Below are positions 36,601 to 46,415 of a stretch of DNA of 64,000 bases, in pieces (position 1 is the first letter of the stretch; each line of letters begins with the position of its first letter). The notes under the pieces were generated by a model. The model saw only the letters and a program-made list of their open reading frames with translations, searched no databases and had not been told where the DNA came from. The DNA lies in contig DASWVC010000276.1 in assembly GCA_036401335.1 (NCBI GenBank), positions 741-64,740 on the forward strand, read 5' to 3'. The position numbers and the translations under genes are program-made. The stretch is from Chthoniobacterales bacterium. Its GTDB lineage: Bacteria > Verrucomicrobiota > Verrucomicrobiia > Chthoniobacterales > JAFAMB01.

Positions 36601-39183
36601 GCGCCAAACCGCCTCGTATTCGGCCTCGACCTGTTGCCAGGTCGGGTGTGCCGGCAGGTCGATGCCGAACAAACGCAGGCAAGTGAGCGCGCTAGCCACC
36701 GCTTGCGGGTATTCCCCCTTCACGATATGCAACTGGACCTTAAGACGGTAAACGGCCGCCTGGTCGACCTTCGATGCGTTACGGTTCAATAACGCCCCAA
36801 GCAGTTGCTCGGCAGTGTCGAGGTGTCCGGTCAGGAATTCACATTCCGCGCGTTCCAGCCACAGCCTGAACATTAACTCGTACCGGCTGCCCCAATCGGT
36901 TTCGTCGAGCAGTGCCATGCCCGCAGCAAAATACACGCATGCCGACGCAAAGGCCGCCGACGCCTTGGCCTTGAGCCCGGTGCGCAGGTTGATTGTTGCC
37001 ACTTGTGCTTTCTCGGCTCGGTCAACCAGCCGTGCCGCGCCCTGATTCAGCTGGTTCGCGACATCGAACAGGTGTTCGGCAAGTTCGTCCGCACCCATGC
37101 TGGCCAGCAGCACGCGACCGATGCGCAAGTGGACCTCGGCGCGATGTTCTTCCGGGATCAGTGAATAAGCTGCCTGCTGGATACGATCGTGCGGAAACCT
37201 GTAGGCGTTATCCAGGCGAGAGACAAGCCCGGCGTGGACCGCTTCCCAGAGTGCGGCATGCACCGCCTCCTCTGTTTCCCAATGAACCAGGGTCAGCGTG
37301 CCGGTTGCAGCAACGTTGCCCAGGCAGGCGAGCTGTTTCAGGGCTTCCTGGGTGGCGGCGGAAAACCGCCTCAGTTTCCCGCCCATCAGCACCACCACGT
37401 TATCGGTGTAGCCTTTGTCGCGGATGCGCGCGACGTCCCACTCCCAGGCGGCAGCCTCCGGGTTAAAGGTGAGCGCCCCTTCTTCGGCGAGCATCGCGAA
37501 GAACTGGATGGCAAAGAAAGGATTCCCGCCCGTCTTCTCATACACCAGCTGCGCAAGGGAACGCGCGCGCTCCGCCTCGCAATGGAGGGCATCGACGACA
37601 AGTCGGGTCACGTCCTCCAGGCCAAGATTTGCGAGAGTTACCTCATGGATCGGCACTCCGGTGCCGCGGAGCCCCGCCAGTGTTCGCATCAGCGGGTGAG
37701 AGCAGCTCATTTCGTTGTCCCGAAAGGCGCCGATGAGAAGGAGGTGCCGCACCTCCGCACCGCTGATCAGTTGGTGGAGAAGGTGCAGAGTCGCCGCGTC
37801 CAGCCATTGGAGATCATCCAGGAAAAGCGCGAGCGGGTGTTCAGGTCGCGCAAACACCGCCAGGAGTCGCTGGAAAACCATCTGAAAACGGTTTTGCGCA
37901 TCCTGCGGGGATAACTCCGCCATGGCGGGCTGGTTCCCAATGATAAGCTCGAGTTCCGGGATCAGATTCACCATGAGCTGTCCATTGGCACCAAGCGCGT
38001 CGTGGATCGCTGCGCGCCAATGCCCAAGCTCCTCTTCGCTCTGTCCCAGGATCTGCCGGGTCAGGTGCTGGAATGCCTGCGACAGCGTTGCATAGGGAAC
38101 GTCTCGTTTGTACTGATCAAATTTGCCCGACGCAAAGAGCCCCCGCGACGGGACGAGCCCCTTGTGCAGTTCGTTGACCACCGACGACTTCCCGACACCG
38201 GCATAACCGGCCACCAGCACGAATTCCGTCGTCCCCCGGGTTGCCACGCGATCGAAAGCCGCGAGCAGCAGTTCGATTTCACGTTCCCGCCCGTAGAGCC
38301 TTTCCGGGATGAGCAATTTGTCCGACATATCGGTCGTGCCAAGGGGAAAGGGATCGATTTGCCCACGCGCCTCCCATTCCGTAAAACAGCGTCGCAGATC
38401 TGCTTCGAGGCCAGCGGCGGTCTGGTAACGGTCCTCTGCAGTCTTCGACAGGAGTTTCATGACGATTCCGGAGATGGGTTCGGGAATGTCCGATATCCGC
38501 TCGCGGGGCGAGCGCGCTTGGCGCGCGAGGTGGCAGTGGACCCATTCCATTGGATCGCTCGCGGTGAATGGCAGCGCTCCGACGAGCATCTCGTAAAGGG
38601 TCACGCCCAGGGAATAGAGATCGCTCCTTGAATCAATGGACCGGTTCATTCGCCCGGTTTGCTCCGGAGCCATGTACTCCAGCGTCCCGCCGATGACGTC
38701 GGGCGCCTCGGGAGACTGGTGCTCGCGGGGCAACCGCGAGGTCAAACCGAAACCCGTCAACCAGGCACCGCCGGCCGCGGGGTTGACCAGGATATTGGCC
38801 GGCCTGACGTCCCGGTGGATGAGCCCCCGCGCGTGGAATCGGCCGAGCGCTTTCACGATGCCGCTGGCGGTACGGAGGAATTGTTCGATGTCCAGTGGCC
38901 GTCCGATCAAGCGCGCGAGCGAATCCCCGCCCGTATCTTCGAGCACCAGCGCGTGGCGGCCTTGGTAGTCGGCGAGGTCCAGGGGCCGGGCTGCCCACGC
39001 CGGGTCCAGTTCATTCCGCAGCCCATAGGCATGGTTCAACCGTCCAATGCTGGCAGGAGATGGATGATCCGAAGCCGGCATCAACAGGAGAACGGACCGT
39101 GGCTCCCCTTCGAGCCTGCCCCGTAGAAGCACAAATTCCCCGTCCTCGCTGACCCTTTCGAAGGAATAACCGGAAGGGTCCAT
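33628..39183 (-). CDS. K2: trifunctional-type Ser/Thr (pseudo)kinase / STAND AAA ATPase / sensor histidine kinase (1851 aa)
   Basis: Same architecture as K1. HRDVRPAN at nt 38817-38794, GTLEYMAPEQTGRMNRS, Walker A GYAGVGKSS (Lys codon 38190-38188), LALFLDDLQWLD, a helical/TPR region, GAF, PAS, H-box SIAHEVNQP (His codon 34284-34282) and HATPase boxes. Confidence 0.9.
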   Translation of the reverse strand: MDPSGYSFERVSEDGEFVLLRGRLEGEPRSVLLLMPASDHPSPASIGRLNHAYGLRNELDPAWAARPLDLADYQGRHALVLEDTGGDSLARLIGRPLDIEQFLRTASGIVKALGRFHARGLIHRDVRPANILVNPAAGGAWLTGFGLTSRLPREHQSPEAPDVIGGTLEYMAPEQTGRMNRSIDSRSDLYSLGVTLYEMLVGALPFTASDPMEWVHCHLARQARSPRERISDIPEPISGIVMKLLSKTAEDRYQTAAGLEADLRRCFTEWEARGQIDPFPLGTTDMSDKLLIPERLYGREREIELLLAAFDRVATRGTTEFVLVAGYAGVGKSSVVNELHKGLVPSRGLFASGKFDQYKRDVPYATLSQAFQHLTRQILGQSEEELGHWRAAIHDALGANGQLMVNLIPELELIIGNQPAMAELSPQDAQNRFQMVFQRLLAVFARPEHPLALFLDDLQWLDAATLHLLHQLISGAEVRHLLLIGAFRDNEMSCSHPLMRTLAGLRGTGVPIHEVTLANLGLEDVTRLVVDALHCEAERARSLAQLVYEKTGGNPFFAIQFFAMLAEEGALTFNPEAAAWEWDVARIRDKGYTDNVVVLMGGKLRRFSAATQEALKQLACLGNVAATGTLTLVHWETEEAVHAALWEAVHAGLVSRLDNAYRFPHDRIQQAAYSLIPEEHRAEVHLRIGRVLLASMGADELAEHLFDVANQLNQGAARLVDRAEKAQVATINLRTGLKAKASAAFASACVYFAAGMALLDETDWGSRYELMFRLWLERAECEFLTGHLDTAEQLLGALLNRNASKVDQAAVYRLKVQLHIVKGEYPQAVASALTCLRLFGIDLPAHPTWQQVEAEYEAVWRNLDGRPIEGLIDLPLMTDPELRAAIGMLSAMDAPAYFTDFHLCCLLRCRMVNVSVRHGTSDAATYGYVSFGLILGLNFHRYREGYRFAKLACDVVEKHGFISYQAKIYQMMGVVAFWTQPISTVIDFIRAAFRVATETGDLTYACYCMDQSVTTLLVRGDALDGVWRESERSLDFVRKARFRDVADLIVSQQRFIATMQGRTATFSTFSDGQFDEARFEARLTGDRMRAMVGFYWVLKLKARFLSGDYAEALAAATKAKALLWTSSAHSGANFELLDYFFYTALTVAALYQHGSADARQAWHSLLTVHRDQLGEWAANCPPIFADKHALLVAEIARLEGRDLEAMRLYEEAIREARKNGFVQNEGVANELAAQFYLERGIEKVAQSYLREARYCYLCWGATGKVQQLDQRYPAIGEQAFPRTTTTIGTSVEQLDLATVMKASQAVSGEIVLENLIKTLMTIAVEHAGAERGLLILQDGEALRIAAEARTGRDGVTVLYRELPATSAELPESILRYVVRSRKSVILDDALAPNQFSNDDYVHRKRPRSVLCLALVKQAQLIGALYLENDLTPRVFTSARFAVLDLLGSQAAISLENARLYADLQKENAERKRAEEEMQRQKAHLDELFELAPESIVLLDADNAISRVNCEFTRVFGYSPEEALGRKLQDLVLPDDQRPGFDENASRIAAAQRVDSEMVRKRKNGERLDVSIVAAPVPLSDGQISTYVIYRDITGRKEAEKELRRSEADLRKAQAELAHVTRVTTMGELAASIAHEVNQPIAGVVINATACMRWLARVREESVNLAEAREALQRIIRDGSRAGEVIARIRALFKKTEAAKEPLDLNEVIREVVALARSEMEKRRVILGLELTPDLPAVLGDRVQLQQVMLNLILNAIEAMDAVEGRSRELVVGTQVRGQTEVRVTVRDSGPGLDAASLEKAFTAFHTTKPGGLGMGLSISRSIVENHAGRLWAIRNEGPGTTFQFTLSAGGW

Positions 39184-39511
39184 CTAAAAAGTGCCGTGGG
39201 CGCTAACTACCCTCGAATCCGGTAATGTTCCGCCATATGGCACGTTCCGCTGGATGATGACGTCCCCATGATCGCTGGCCGTTGCTTTCCTATCATCAAA
39301 GCAGTGACTAGTTCAAGAGGCCAGGATACACCAATGCCGCCTTGCCGTGTTTCTGGGTCGCGGTGGGAGGCGCCAATTCGCTACCTCCCTTTGTGCTCCT
39401 GATCGATCCGGGCCTGCAAGCGGCGTTTCTCCACCGGCTCGGGCAGGAAGCCGCCCGGACCAGCAAGCAGTTCGCCTAAGTGCCGCTCCAGAGCCGCCGG
39501 GCCACTCCGGC

Positions 39512-40480
39512 TCATTGGTAAAAGTTGCGGACCCACCGGTGGGCTTTCAATTGTTCAACCTTGCCGTTGGGCAACCCACGTCCGTCACCAACCGCGCAGT
39601 TGCGCTCGACGTTCCGTACCGATCGCATGCCCGGAATGACGGTGGCGACGGCCGGATGGCTCAACACATAGCGCAGCGCAGTCTCGGGCAGCTGTTCCAG
39701 AGGAATGTTGAGATCGACGGCAACCCTTTGCACGCGTTCATAGACTTGCTGCTTTCGATCACCCCGGAAGTAATGGTTGCGGAAATCCCCGTCTGCAAAG
39801 GTGGTTTGGGGGGTGATTTGCCCCGTCAGCGCCCCTTCGTCCAACGCTACCCGGACAATAACCGCGATGCGGTGGCGTTGACAGGCGGGCAAGAGTTCGT
39901 CTTCCGGGCTTTGTTCGAAGATGTTGTAGATGACCTGGACGGCGTCCACCATGCCGGTCTCGATCAGTCGAAGCGCGTTCTGGGGTTCAAAGTCGTTGAT
40001 GGAAACGCCAAAATAGCGAATCTTCCCCTGCTCTTTTAGCGATTGAACGGCCTGGAGCCAATCCCCCTGACCGACCCATTCGTCCGACCAGACGTGGAAC
40101 TGCTGGACGTCAATGGTTTCCAACCCGAGGTGCCTCAAGCTTTTTTCGGTGCACGCCATGACATGCCCGGCGGGAAAGGTTTCTGCGGCCGGCACGCCGG
40201 AAGGGGCCGGCCAGCGACCGTTTTTCGGCGGGATTTTGGTGGCCACGTAAACGGGCTCCGCGCGTTCTTTGATCAGTTGCCCGACGAGCCTCTCGCTGTG
40301 ACCGTCCCCGTAACCGAGGGCGGTGTCGATAAAGTTCAACCCCAGATCGATGGAGCGATGCAGAGCCTTCATTGACTCCTCATCCGAGGCGCCGATCCAG
40401 TTACTCTTGCCGATGCCCCACGCACCGTAGCCGATTTCTGACACGTTCAATCCCGTTTTGCCGAATGGTCTGTAGTTCAT
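39512..40480 (-). CDS. aldo/keto reductase
   Basis: 322 aa. It reads [24 protein letters not shown]...[16 protein letters not shown]...VATKIPP...IDVQQFHVW. Confidence 0.9.
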   Translation of the reverse strand: MNYRPFGKTGLNVSEIGYGAWGIGKSNWIGASDEESMKALHRSIDLGLNFIDTALGYGDGHSERLVGQLIKERAEPVYVATKIPPKNGRWPAPSGVPAAETFPAGHVMACTEKSLRHLGLETIDVQQFHVWSDEWVGQGDWLQAVQSLKEQGKIRYFGVSINDFEPQNALRLIETGMVDAVQVIYNIFEQSPEDELLPACQRHRIAVIVRVALDEGALTGQITPQTTFADGDFRNHYFRGDRKQQVYERVQRVAVDLNIPLEQLPETALRYVLSHPAVATVIPGMRSVRNVERNCAVGDGRGLPNGKVEQLKAHRWVRNFYQ

Positions 40481-41012
40481 TAAAGTAAGGCTGCTGATAA
40501 GAAGGCCGGTTCAAGTCGGTGGGCCGTCACGTCGATCCCGGCCCGCTGCGCTCGTTTTGATCATCTCTACTTCGAGAGTGTCATGAATGAAGGGGTATGA
40601 AATTGGAAGGCAATCTTGATTGGCAGGCGGGCCGCCCGCAGGCAGACGGCGGTTGCCGGGTTAGTGAAAACCGTCCGTCAGGGTTATCGCCAGGATTGCC
40701 CGCTCTTCCGCGGGAGGCAGCCCCGCTTAGCCTGGAACCCGAGTTTAAACCATAGAATTAGAGAAAGTGTAAAATTCCTGCGAATTTCTGCGAATGCAGG
40801 GCAAGGGCTGCCTGATCCACCCTTCCGTGGTTGAAGAACTTGGATGATGCTTCTTGACGGTAGGAACGACGTTTTACTAACATCAAAAAACCCCCATTCT
40901 ACTCTTCCACTCCGCTTGGACGGGTTTGAGCCGTTCTGAGTGGCCGCGTATTGGCTACCGGATGAGATCCGGTGGACCACTGGAACTGTTGCTTGGGCGA
41001 ATCGTACAACTT

Positions 41013-42662
41013 ATGTCCCAAGACCATTCGAAAGACAGGTTTGAGGAATTATCCGCTGGGTTTTTAGCGGGCAGAATCAGCCGGCGCCATTTCATCGGGC
41101 AAGCGGCCAAGCTGGGAATCTCGGCGGCTTTGTTGAGCCGGATCGTCTCTGCTCAGGCCTATGCAGAGGACGGCAACTTGATGGACTCTTCTCCGGACTA
41201 CCCGAATGAGGCACCAATCACCAAAGAGCGCATCGAGTTCCTCAAGACCAAACCTTACAAGGGCCAGACCATCACCGTCCTGGTGCTGAAGGCGACGGTC
41301 GGAGATGGACTCAAATACTGGGTGCCAAAATGGGAAGAGGAAACCGGGGGCAAAGTAAACGTTGCGGAAGTTCCGATCGATACCCTTCATCAGCAGATCT
41401 TTTCAGATCTGCAGACGACGCACCGGTACGATGCTTACATGACGGGTGCCTGGTTTTATGGCGACTTTTTTGTGCCGAAGGAGCCCTACATCATCGAGGT
41501 TGGGCCGTACCTCAAAGATCCGAAATACCCTTCCTGGTCGCCCGATGATTGGCTACCTGCGATGAAAACGCTCTACAGTTGGCAGGGCAAAGTTTACGGA
41601 GTCCTGTTCGATGGTGACTGCCAGATCCTTTATTATCGCAGGGACGTTCTCGAGAAGGCGGAAAACCAGCAAAAGTTCAAGGATAAGGTCGGGTACGACC
41701 TCCCGAACCCGCCGAAGACCAACAAACAGATGTTTGACGTCGCCAATTTCTTTACCGGATGGGACTGGAACGGCGACGGCCAGAATGATTGGGGCATCGC
41801 GTTACACGCAAAAGTAAACGAGCAAGGTTTCTTCCATTTCCTGACTCTGGCAGCTCCCTACGTCTGTTCGCCCAACAACAAATACTTCTGGTTTAATCCC
41901 GATACGATGAAGCCGCTGATCAACTCGGAGGGCCATCTCCGGGCATTGGAGGATTACGTTAAATTCCTGCCCTGCGGACCAAAAGAAGCGATCAGTTGGA
42001 CCCTGGGGCAAGGTTGGAACCTGTTCCTTTCCGGACAGGCGGTGCTGGAACCGACCTGGGGCGATCTTCCCACCTTTGCGCAGGATCCCAAGGAATCGAA
42101 GGTCAAGGGTAAGGTCGGCGCGACGATTATTCCGGGCACCACCGAAGCATACGACCCGATCAAGGGTCAGTGGGATAAATTCGATCTTAACTCCGTCGGC
42201 AACGTGAATGGCGGATCATGGCATTGCGTCATCTCGCGTTTTTCGAAGAAAAAAGATCCGACTTATGACTTCCTTGCTTTCATGGCCACGAAGAAAAATG
42301 CCATATACAACTGCACGCACGGTTTCACGGGCGTGCAACCGGGCATGAAGTTCGAATACTTTCCGCCGGTCGGCACCGGAAAGGTTGAAGAGTGGGTGGA
42401 GCAGGGCTGGGACCCCGAGGAAGCAAAACGGTACCTGGACGCGTATTACCAGAACCTGTCGCTCCCGGCGCAGGAGACCTACCTGCGAATTCCGGGTGCC
42501 GCCGAATATTGGCACGAGCTGGATGTCCGTGTTTCCGGTGTCCTGGCCGGACAAACTCAGCCAAAGGCTGCTCTCGACGATTGCGCCCAGGCCTGGGAGC
42601 GGATCACGGAGAGGTACGGGCGCGACAAGCAGAAAAAACTGTATGCGGAATCGTTCGCCTGA
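41013..42662 (+). CDS. CUT1-type ABC transporter extracellular solute-binding protein with a Tat signal
   Basis: MSQDHSKDRFEELSAGFLAGRISRRHFIGQAAKLGISAALL carries a twin-arginine motif. It is a large, roughly 550-aa binding protein sited upstream of two MalFG-type permeases. Confidence 0.8.
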   Translation: MSQDHSKDRFEELSAGFLAGRISRRHFIGQAAKLGISAALLSRIVSAQAYAEDGNLMDSSPDYPNEAPITKERIEFLKTKPYKGQTITVLVLKATVGDGLKYWVPKWEEETGGKVNVAEVPIDTLHQQIFSDLQTTHRYDAYMTGAWFYGDFFVPKEPYIIEVGPYLKDPKYPSWSPDDWLPAMKTLYSWQGKVYGVLFDGDCQILYYRRDVLEKAENQQKFKDKVGYDLPNPPKTNKQMFDVANFFTGWDWNGDGQNDWGIALHAKVNEQGFFHFLTLAAPYVCSPNNKYFWFNPDTMKPLINSEGHLRALEDYVKFLPCGPKEAISWTLGQGWNLFLSGQAVLEPTWGDLPTFAQDPKESKVKGKVGATIIPGTTEAYDPIKGQWDKFDLNSVGNVNGGSWHCVISRFSKKKDPTYDFLAFMATKKNAIYNCTHGFTGVQPGMKFEYFPPVGTGKVEEWVEQGWDPEEAKRYLDAYYQNLSLPAQETYLRIPGAAEYWHELDVRVSGVLAGQTQPKAALDDCAQAWERITERYGRDKQKKLYAESFA

Positions 42663-42705
42663 CTGACGGGATCCCCAGGTAAGCAGTCACGATCAACGGG
42701 AGCCC

Positions 42706-43590
42706 ATGGAAACGATCGCATCAGTGCAGAGCAAGGCGGAAAGGGGGTTCAAGTATGCCTTGCTCGCTCCTTCGGTCATCTGGATCATCGCACTGACTTT
42801 TTTTCCCATTCTCGCCGCGGTCCGGTACAGTTTTGCCAACTATGTGCTCGGCGAAGGAATCACCGCGTACGTCGGATTTTCAAACTATGCCCGGTTGTTA
42901 ACCGACAGCGGGTTTTGGTACGCCATCTTTATCACGGTAATCTTTGTTGGGATTACCGTGCCGATCGAAGTCTGCATCGGCTTTGTGCTCGCCTGGATCA
43001 TTACGATCGGAGTGCCGGGAAAGAAGTTATTCCGCCCGATCCTCACCGCTCCGCTGTTTACGATGGAGGTCGCGATCGGATACCTGGGGGTCACGCTTTT
43101 TACGGACCAGGGCGGTTTGTTCAGCACGATCCTGGGCGCGCTCGGAATTCACATCGAATGGCTGTCAACGGCCTCCGGCGGGCTGGCCGCAGCAATGATC
43201 CTGGACATCTGGATCTGGACCCCGTTCGTCTTTTTAATGTCCTTAGCGACGTTATCCGCCATTCCCAATGACATTTTTGATGCCGCGATGTTGGAAGCGT
43301 CCAGTCATTGGCAGGTGTTCTTCCACGTCGCCATACCCTTGGCGTGGCCGGTGCTGACGGTAGCCATTCTCTCGCGAGTGCTCGAAGGCCTGAAATCGTT
43401 CGGCTTGCCTTATGCTCTGACAAGCGGCGGTCCGGGTACCAGCACTCAGCTTTTCAGTGTGATGGCGGACCTGACAACGATCCAGTTTACCGATTTCGGC
43501 CGGGGGTCGGCGATGGGTATTCTTTACCTGATCATGGTCTCGATCGTGATTACCTTTTTCTTTAAACAGATGCGGAAACGCATCGATTAG
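42706..43590 (+). CDS. sugar ABC transporter permease (MalF/UgpA-like)
   Basis: 294 aa and multi-TM. The EAA-like loop reads ...DAAMLEASSHWQVFFHVAIPLAWP. Confidence 0.9.
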   Translation: METIASVQSKAERGFKYALLAPSVIWIIALTFFPILAAVRYSFANYVLGEGITAYVGFSNYARLLTDSGFWYAIFITVIFVGITVPIEVCIGFVLAWIITIGVPGKKLFRPILTAPLFTMEVAIGYLGVTLFTDQGGLFSTILGALGIHIEWLSTASGGLAAAMILDIWIWTPFVFLMSLATLSAIPNDIFDAAMLEASSHWQVFFHVAIPLAWPVLTVAILSRVLEGLKSFGLPYALTSGGPGTSTQLFSVMADLTTIQFTDFGRGSAMGILYLIMVSIVITFFFKQMRKRID

Positions 43591-43608
43591 ATCTGAAGAT
43601 CCGTTCGC

Positions 43609-44466
43609 ATGGACAATTTGCTTTGGCGAAGCTCGAAGTGGGCCTCAAAACTTGTGGCCATGTTGATCGCCTGCCTGGCCCTCTGCTGGGTGGCGATCCC
43701 GTTTCTCTGGGCGATCGGGAACTCGATCAAATCACGATCGGCGATTTTTGAGCGGGGAGCGATTATTCCTTTTTTGCAGTTTACGCCGACTCTTGACGCC
43801 TGGAAGGAGGTACTGAACGATCCTCAAGCGATTAACTGCTTGTTCAGCAGTGCGCTGGTTGGCGTCGGAACAACGGCCTTCGTCCTGTTAATCGGGACAC
43901 CCGCCGCCTACAGCCTTGCACGATTCGAATTCAGACGGGTGAAAAGCAAAGACATCACCCTCTGGTTCCTCTCACAGCGGGTGATGCCTCCGGTGGTGGT
44001 GCTATCGCCCTTCTACATTCTGCTGGCAGAGTTCGGGTTGATTGACACCTGGATCGGCCTCATCCTGCTTTACTCGACGTTTAACCTGGCTTTTTGCGTG
44101 GTGATCATGCGAGACATTTTCCGGGACGTCAGCAAGGACGTGGAGGAAGCGGCGCGAATGGAAGGAGCCTCATTGTGGCAGGTTTTTTGGATGATCGCGC
44201 TTCCGCTCTCTCTCGATGGCCTCATCGTGACCGCCTTCATTGTCTTTGCCTTCTGTTGGAACGAGGCGCTTTTCGCGTCTGCGGTGACGTCGCAACACGC
44301 CGCGACCATGCCGGCATTCATCCTTGCATCTCGCAGCACCAGGGGCGTCGATTTTAATTTTGCGGCGGTTAATACGCTCCTCGCAATCGCGCCGCCGGTC
44401 CTGATGTCGTTTTTTGTTCAGCGTTACCTTGCGCGCGGGCTTTCATTCGGCGCGGTAAAAGGATAA
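43609..44466 (+). CDS. sugar ABC transporter permease (MalG/UgpE-like)
   Basis: 285 aa. The EAA loop reads EAARMEGASLWQVFWMIALPLS. Confidence 0.9.
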   Translation: MDNLLWRSSKWASKLVAMLIACLALCWVAIPFLWAIGNSIKSRSAIFERGAIIPFLQFTPTLDAWKEVLNDPQAINCLFSSALVGVGTTAFVLLIGTPAAYSLARFEFRRVKSKDITLWFLSQRVMPPVVVLSPFYILLAEFGLIDTWIGLILLYSTFNLAFCVVIMRDIFRDVSKDVEEAARMEGASLWQVFWMIALPLSLDGLIVTAFIVFAFCWNEALFASAVTSQHAATMPAFILASRSTRGVDFNFAAVNTLLAIAPPVLMSFFVQRYLARGLSFGAVKG

Positions 44467-44479
44467 AGACGGAGCGAAC

Positions 44480-45574
44480 GTGGCCATCGTCGAACTCTCT
44501 CATGTTGCAAAACGTTATGGCGACGTCGTTGCCGTACGGGATTTTAACCTCACGACGCGGGACGGTGAATTTGTTGTCCTTGTCGGGCCATCCGGCTGCG
44601 GTAAAACCACGACCATGAGGATGATTGCCGGTCTGGAGACCGTGACCGAAGGCGAGATCAGGATCGGAGGTAAGAATGTGGTTGGAATGATACCGCGTGA
44701 ACGGGACGTCGCGATGGTTTTCCAAAACTACGCGTTGTTCCCGCATCTGAACGTTTTTGGTAACCTGTCATTCGGGCTCCGACTTCGAAAATTCCCCAAG
44801 GAACGGGTTGCTGAAACGGTCCGTTCGGCCGCGAGAACTCTGGAAATCGAACATTTGCTGGAGCGCAAACCCAAGGAGCTTTCTGGAGGTGAGCGTCAGC
44901 GCGTGGCGCTGGGCCGGGCCATCGTGAGAGAACCGAAGGTGTTCCTGATGGACGAACCGCTGTCGAACATTGATGCGAAATTGCGGGTGGATATGCGGGC
45001 CGAGATCATCAAGCTCCAACGGCGTCTGGGCGTCACCACATTCTATGTAACTCACGATCAGGTGGAAGCGCTAAGCATGGGTGACCGGATCGTTGTGATG
45101 TCGCACGGACTTGTGCAGCAAGTGGGGACGCCAAAGGAACTGTACAACTCGCCCATCAATCGTTATGTGGCAGGTTTTATCGGCAGCCCGTCGATGAATT
45201 TCCTGCGGGCTCACATCAATGCCGATGGAACCGTTTTCTCCGGTGATAACGTTTGCCTGGTCCTTCCGGAAAAGCACCCTGCACTTGTCACCCGGAATGG
45301 AATTCAGGAAGCCTGGGTTGGGGTTCGTCCTGAGCACCTCGTCATCGAGAGAAATCCTGACCGTGGCACCAGGAACGTGATCAGGGGGACCGTTGAAGTG
45401 GTCGAACCGCAGGGCGCGACGACCATTCTCCAAATCAACATCGGCCAGGAAAAGAAGATAATCGCTCAAATAAACGAGCAGTGGGGGAGAGAGCCCGGAG
45501 AGAAATTGACCCTGACGGTATCGAGCGAGTTGATTCACGTGTTCGATTCCAAGACCGATCAAACCTGCATTTAG
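44480..45574 (+). CDS. ABC transporter ATP-binding protein (MalK/UgpC-like)
   Basis: GTG start. Walker A GPSGCGKTT, signature LSGGERQRVALGRA, Walker B FLMDEPLSNID, and a C-terminal TOBE-like domain. Confidence 0.9.
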   Translation: MAIVELSHVAKRYGDVVAVRDFNLTTRDGEFVVLVGPSGCGKTTTMRMIAGLETVTEGEIRIGGKNVVGMIPRERDVAMVFQNYALFPHLNVFGNLSFGLRLRKFPKERVAETVRSAARTLEIEHLLERKPKELSGGERQRVALGRAIVREPKVFLMDEPLSNIDAKLRVDMRAEIIKLQRRLGVTTFYVTHDQVEALSMGDRIVVMSHGLVQQVGTPKELYNSPINRYVAGFIGSPSMNFLRAHINADGTVFSGDNVCLVLPEKHPALVTRNGIQEAWVGVRPEHLVIERNPDRGTRNVIRGTVEVVEPQGATTILQINIGQEKKIIAQINEQWGREPGEKLTLTVSSELIHVFDSKTDQTCI

Positions 45575-45820
45575 AATTGGAAACGGGCTGCGGGCAAACC
45601 GTCGTCGCTCCCTCATCATTTTTTCCTCAGGAAAGGTCGCATTCCAGCGGAGATCCAGGGCCCGGTTCGTTCGAGCCATCACGTGATCAGGATTCCGGCG
45701 GGCAAGGTGCGCCGGGAACGTTGCGAAAGCCCGGCAACGTCAGAAAGGGCCTCTGTGCGGGCTTGGTTTGTCTGCGTTAAAGGCACCACTTTGCAACTCT
45801 GGCCCGAGCACGTGTCCTCA

Positions 45821-46316
45821 CGCGATTATGCCAGGGTTGAGCGCAATGCCTACCCGATCGGCAGCAAGGTAGAGGGGACCATCACGAAAACCTTTGTTTC
45901 CAACGGTCAGATGGTGAAGCCGGGTGACCTGTTGGTTGAGATGGACCGGAAACAAGCGGCAACGCTGGGGCAAGTGATGGATCGTGTCCACCGCGACCAG
46001 GACCTGAGCAAGGCCACGACTGCAATGCTGCACATGGCGGAAGCAACGGTCGAATGGACGAACCGGCAGTTCGAGTACACCCGGGTTTACGCAGCCGCGA
46101 CAGGTCGCGTTGTATTCGACAAAAGCAAGGTGGCGCAGCACCTGCAATCGGGCGCCGGCTCGACGGTTGGCGGTCGCCCTGCTTCAGCCCTTGGAATCGG
46201 CGGCGGTCACCATCGGGTTCGATGGCAACAGCTTCCTCGGTTTCGAGGAATGTTTCGACCCTGGGCTGCCGGGTTCGGTGGAACTGATCCCGCCTGACTT
46301 CGAAGCCCAGGCATAA
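45821..46316 (+). pseudogene. HlyD/EmrA-type membrane-fusion protein relic
   Basis: RDYARVERNAYPIGSKVEGTITKTFVSNGQMVKPGDLLVEMD is the lipoyl-like hairpin motif, followed by ...YTRVYAAATGRVV. There is no N-terminal TM, the coiled coil is very short, and the C-terminal beta-barrel part appears only in another frame (46110..46316: ...SAAVTIGFDGNSFLGFEE...). Confidence 0.4.
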
Positions 46317-46415
46317 ACCGCCCGGTCGAGCGCGCTGACCGTTGGGCTTTTCCGCTTTTTGCGGACTGCATCAAATCCCCTTTGGTCAATTCGACAGGTC
46401 ACTAAAGCCCAGGCC

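Noticed and set aside
39230-39260. TGGCACGTTCCGCTGG upstream of K2, and other TGGCAC strings (near 361, 5088, 7297, 10803, 11383 and 42520), considered as sigma-54 promoters.
   Set aside because: Each has the wrong GG-GC spacing, no GC element, the wrong strand, or a location inside a coding sequence.
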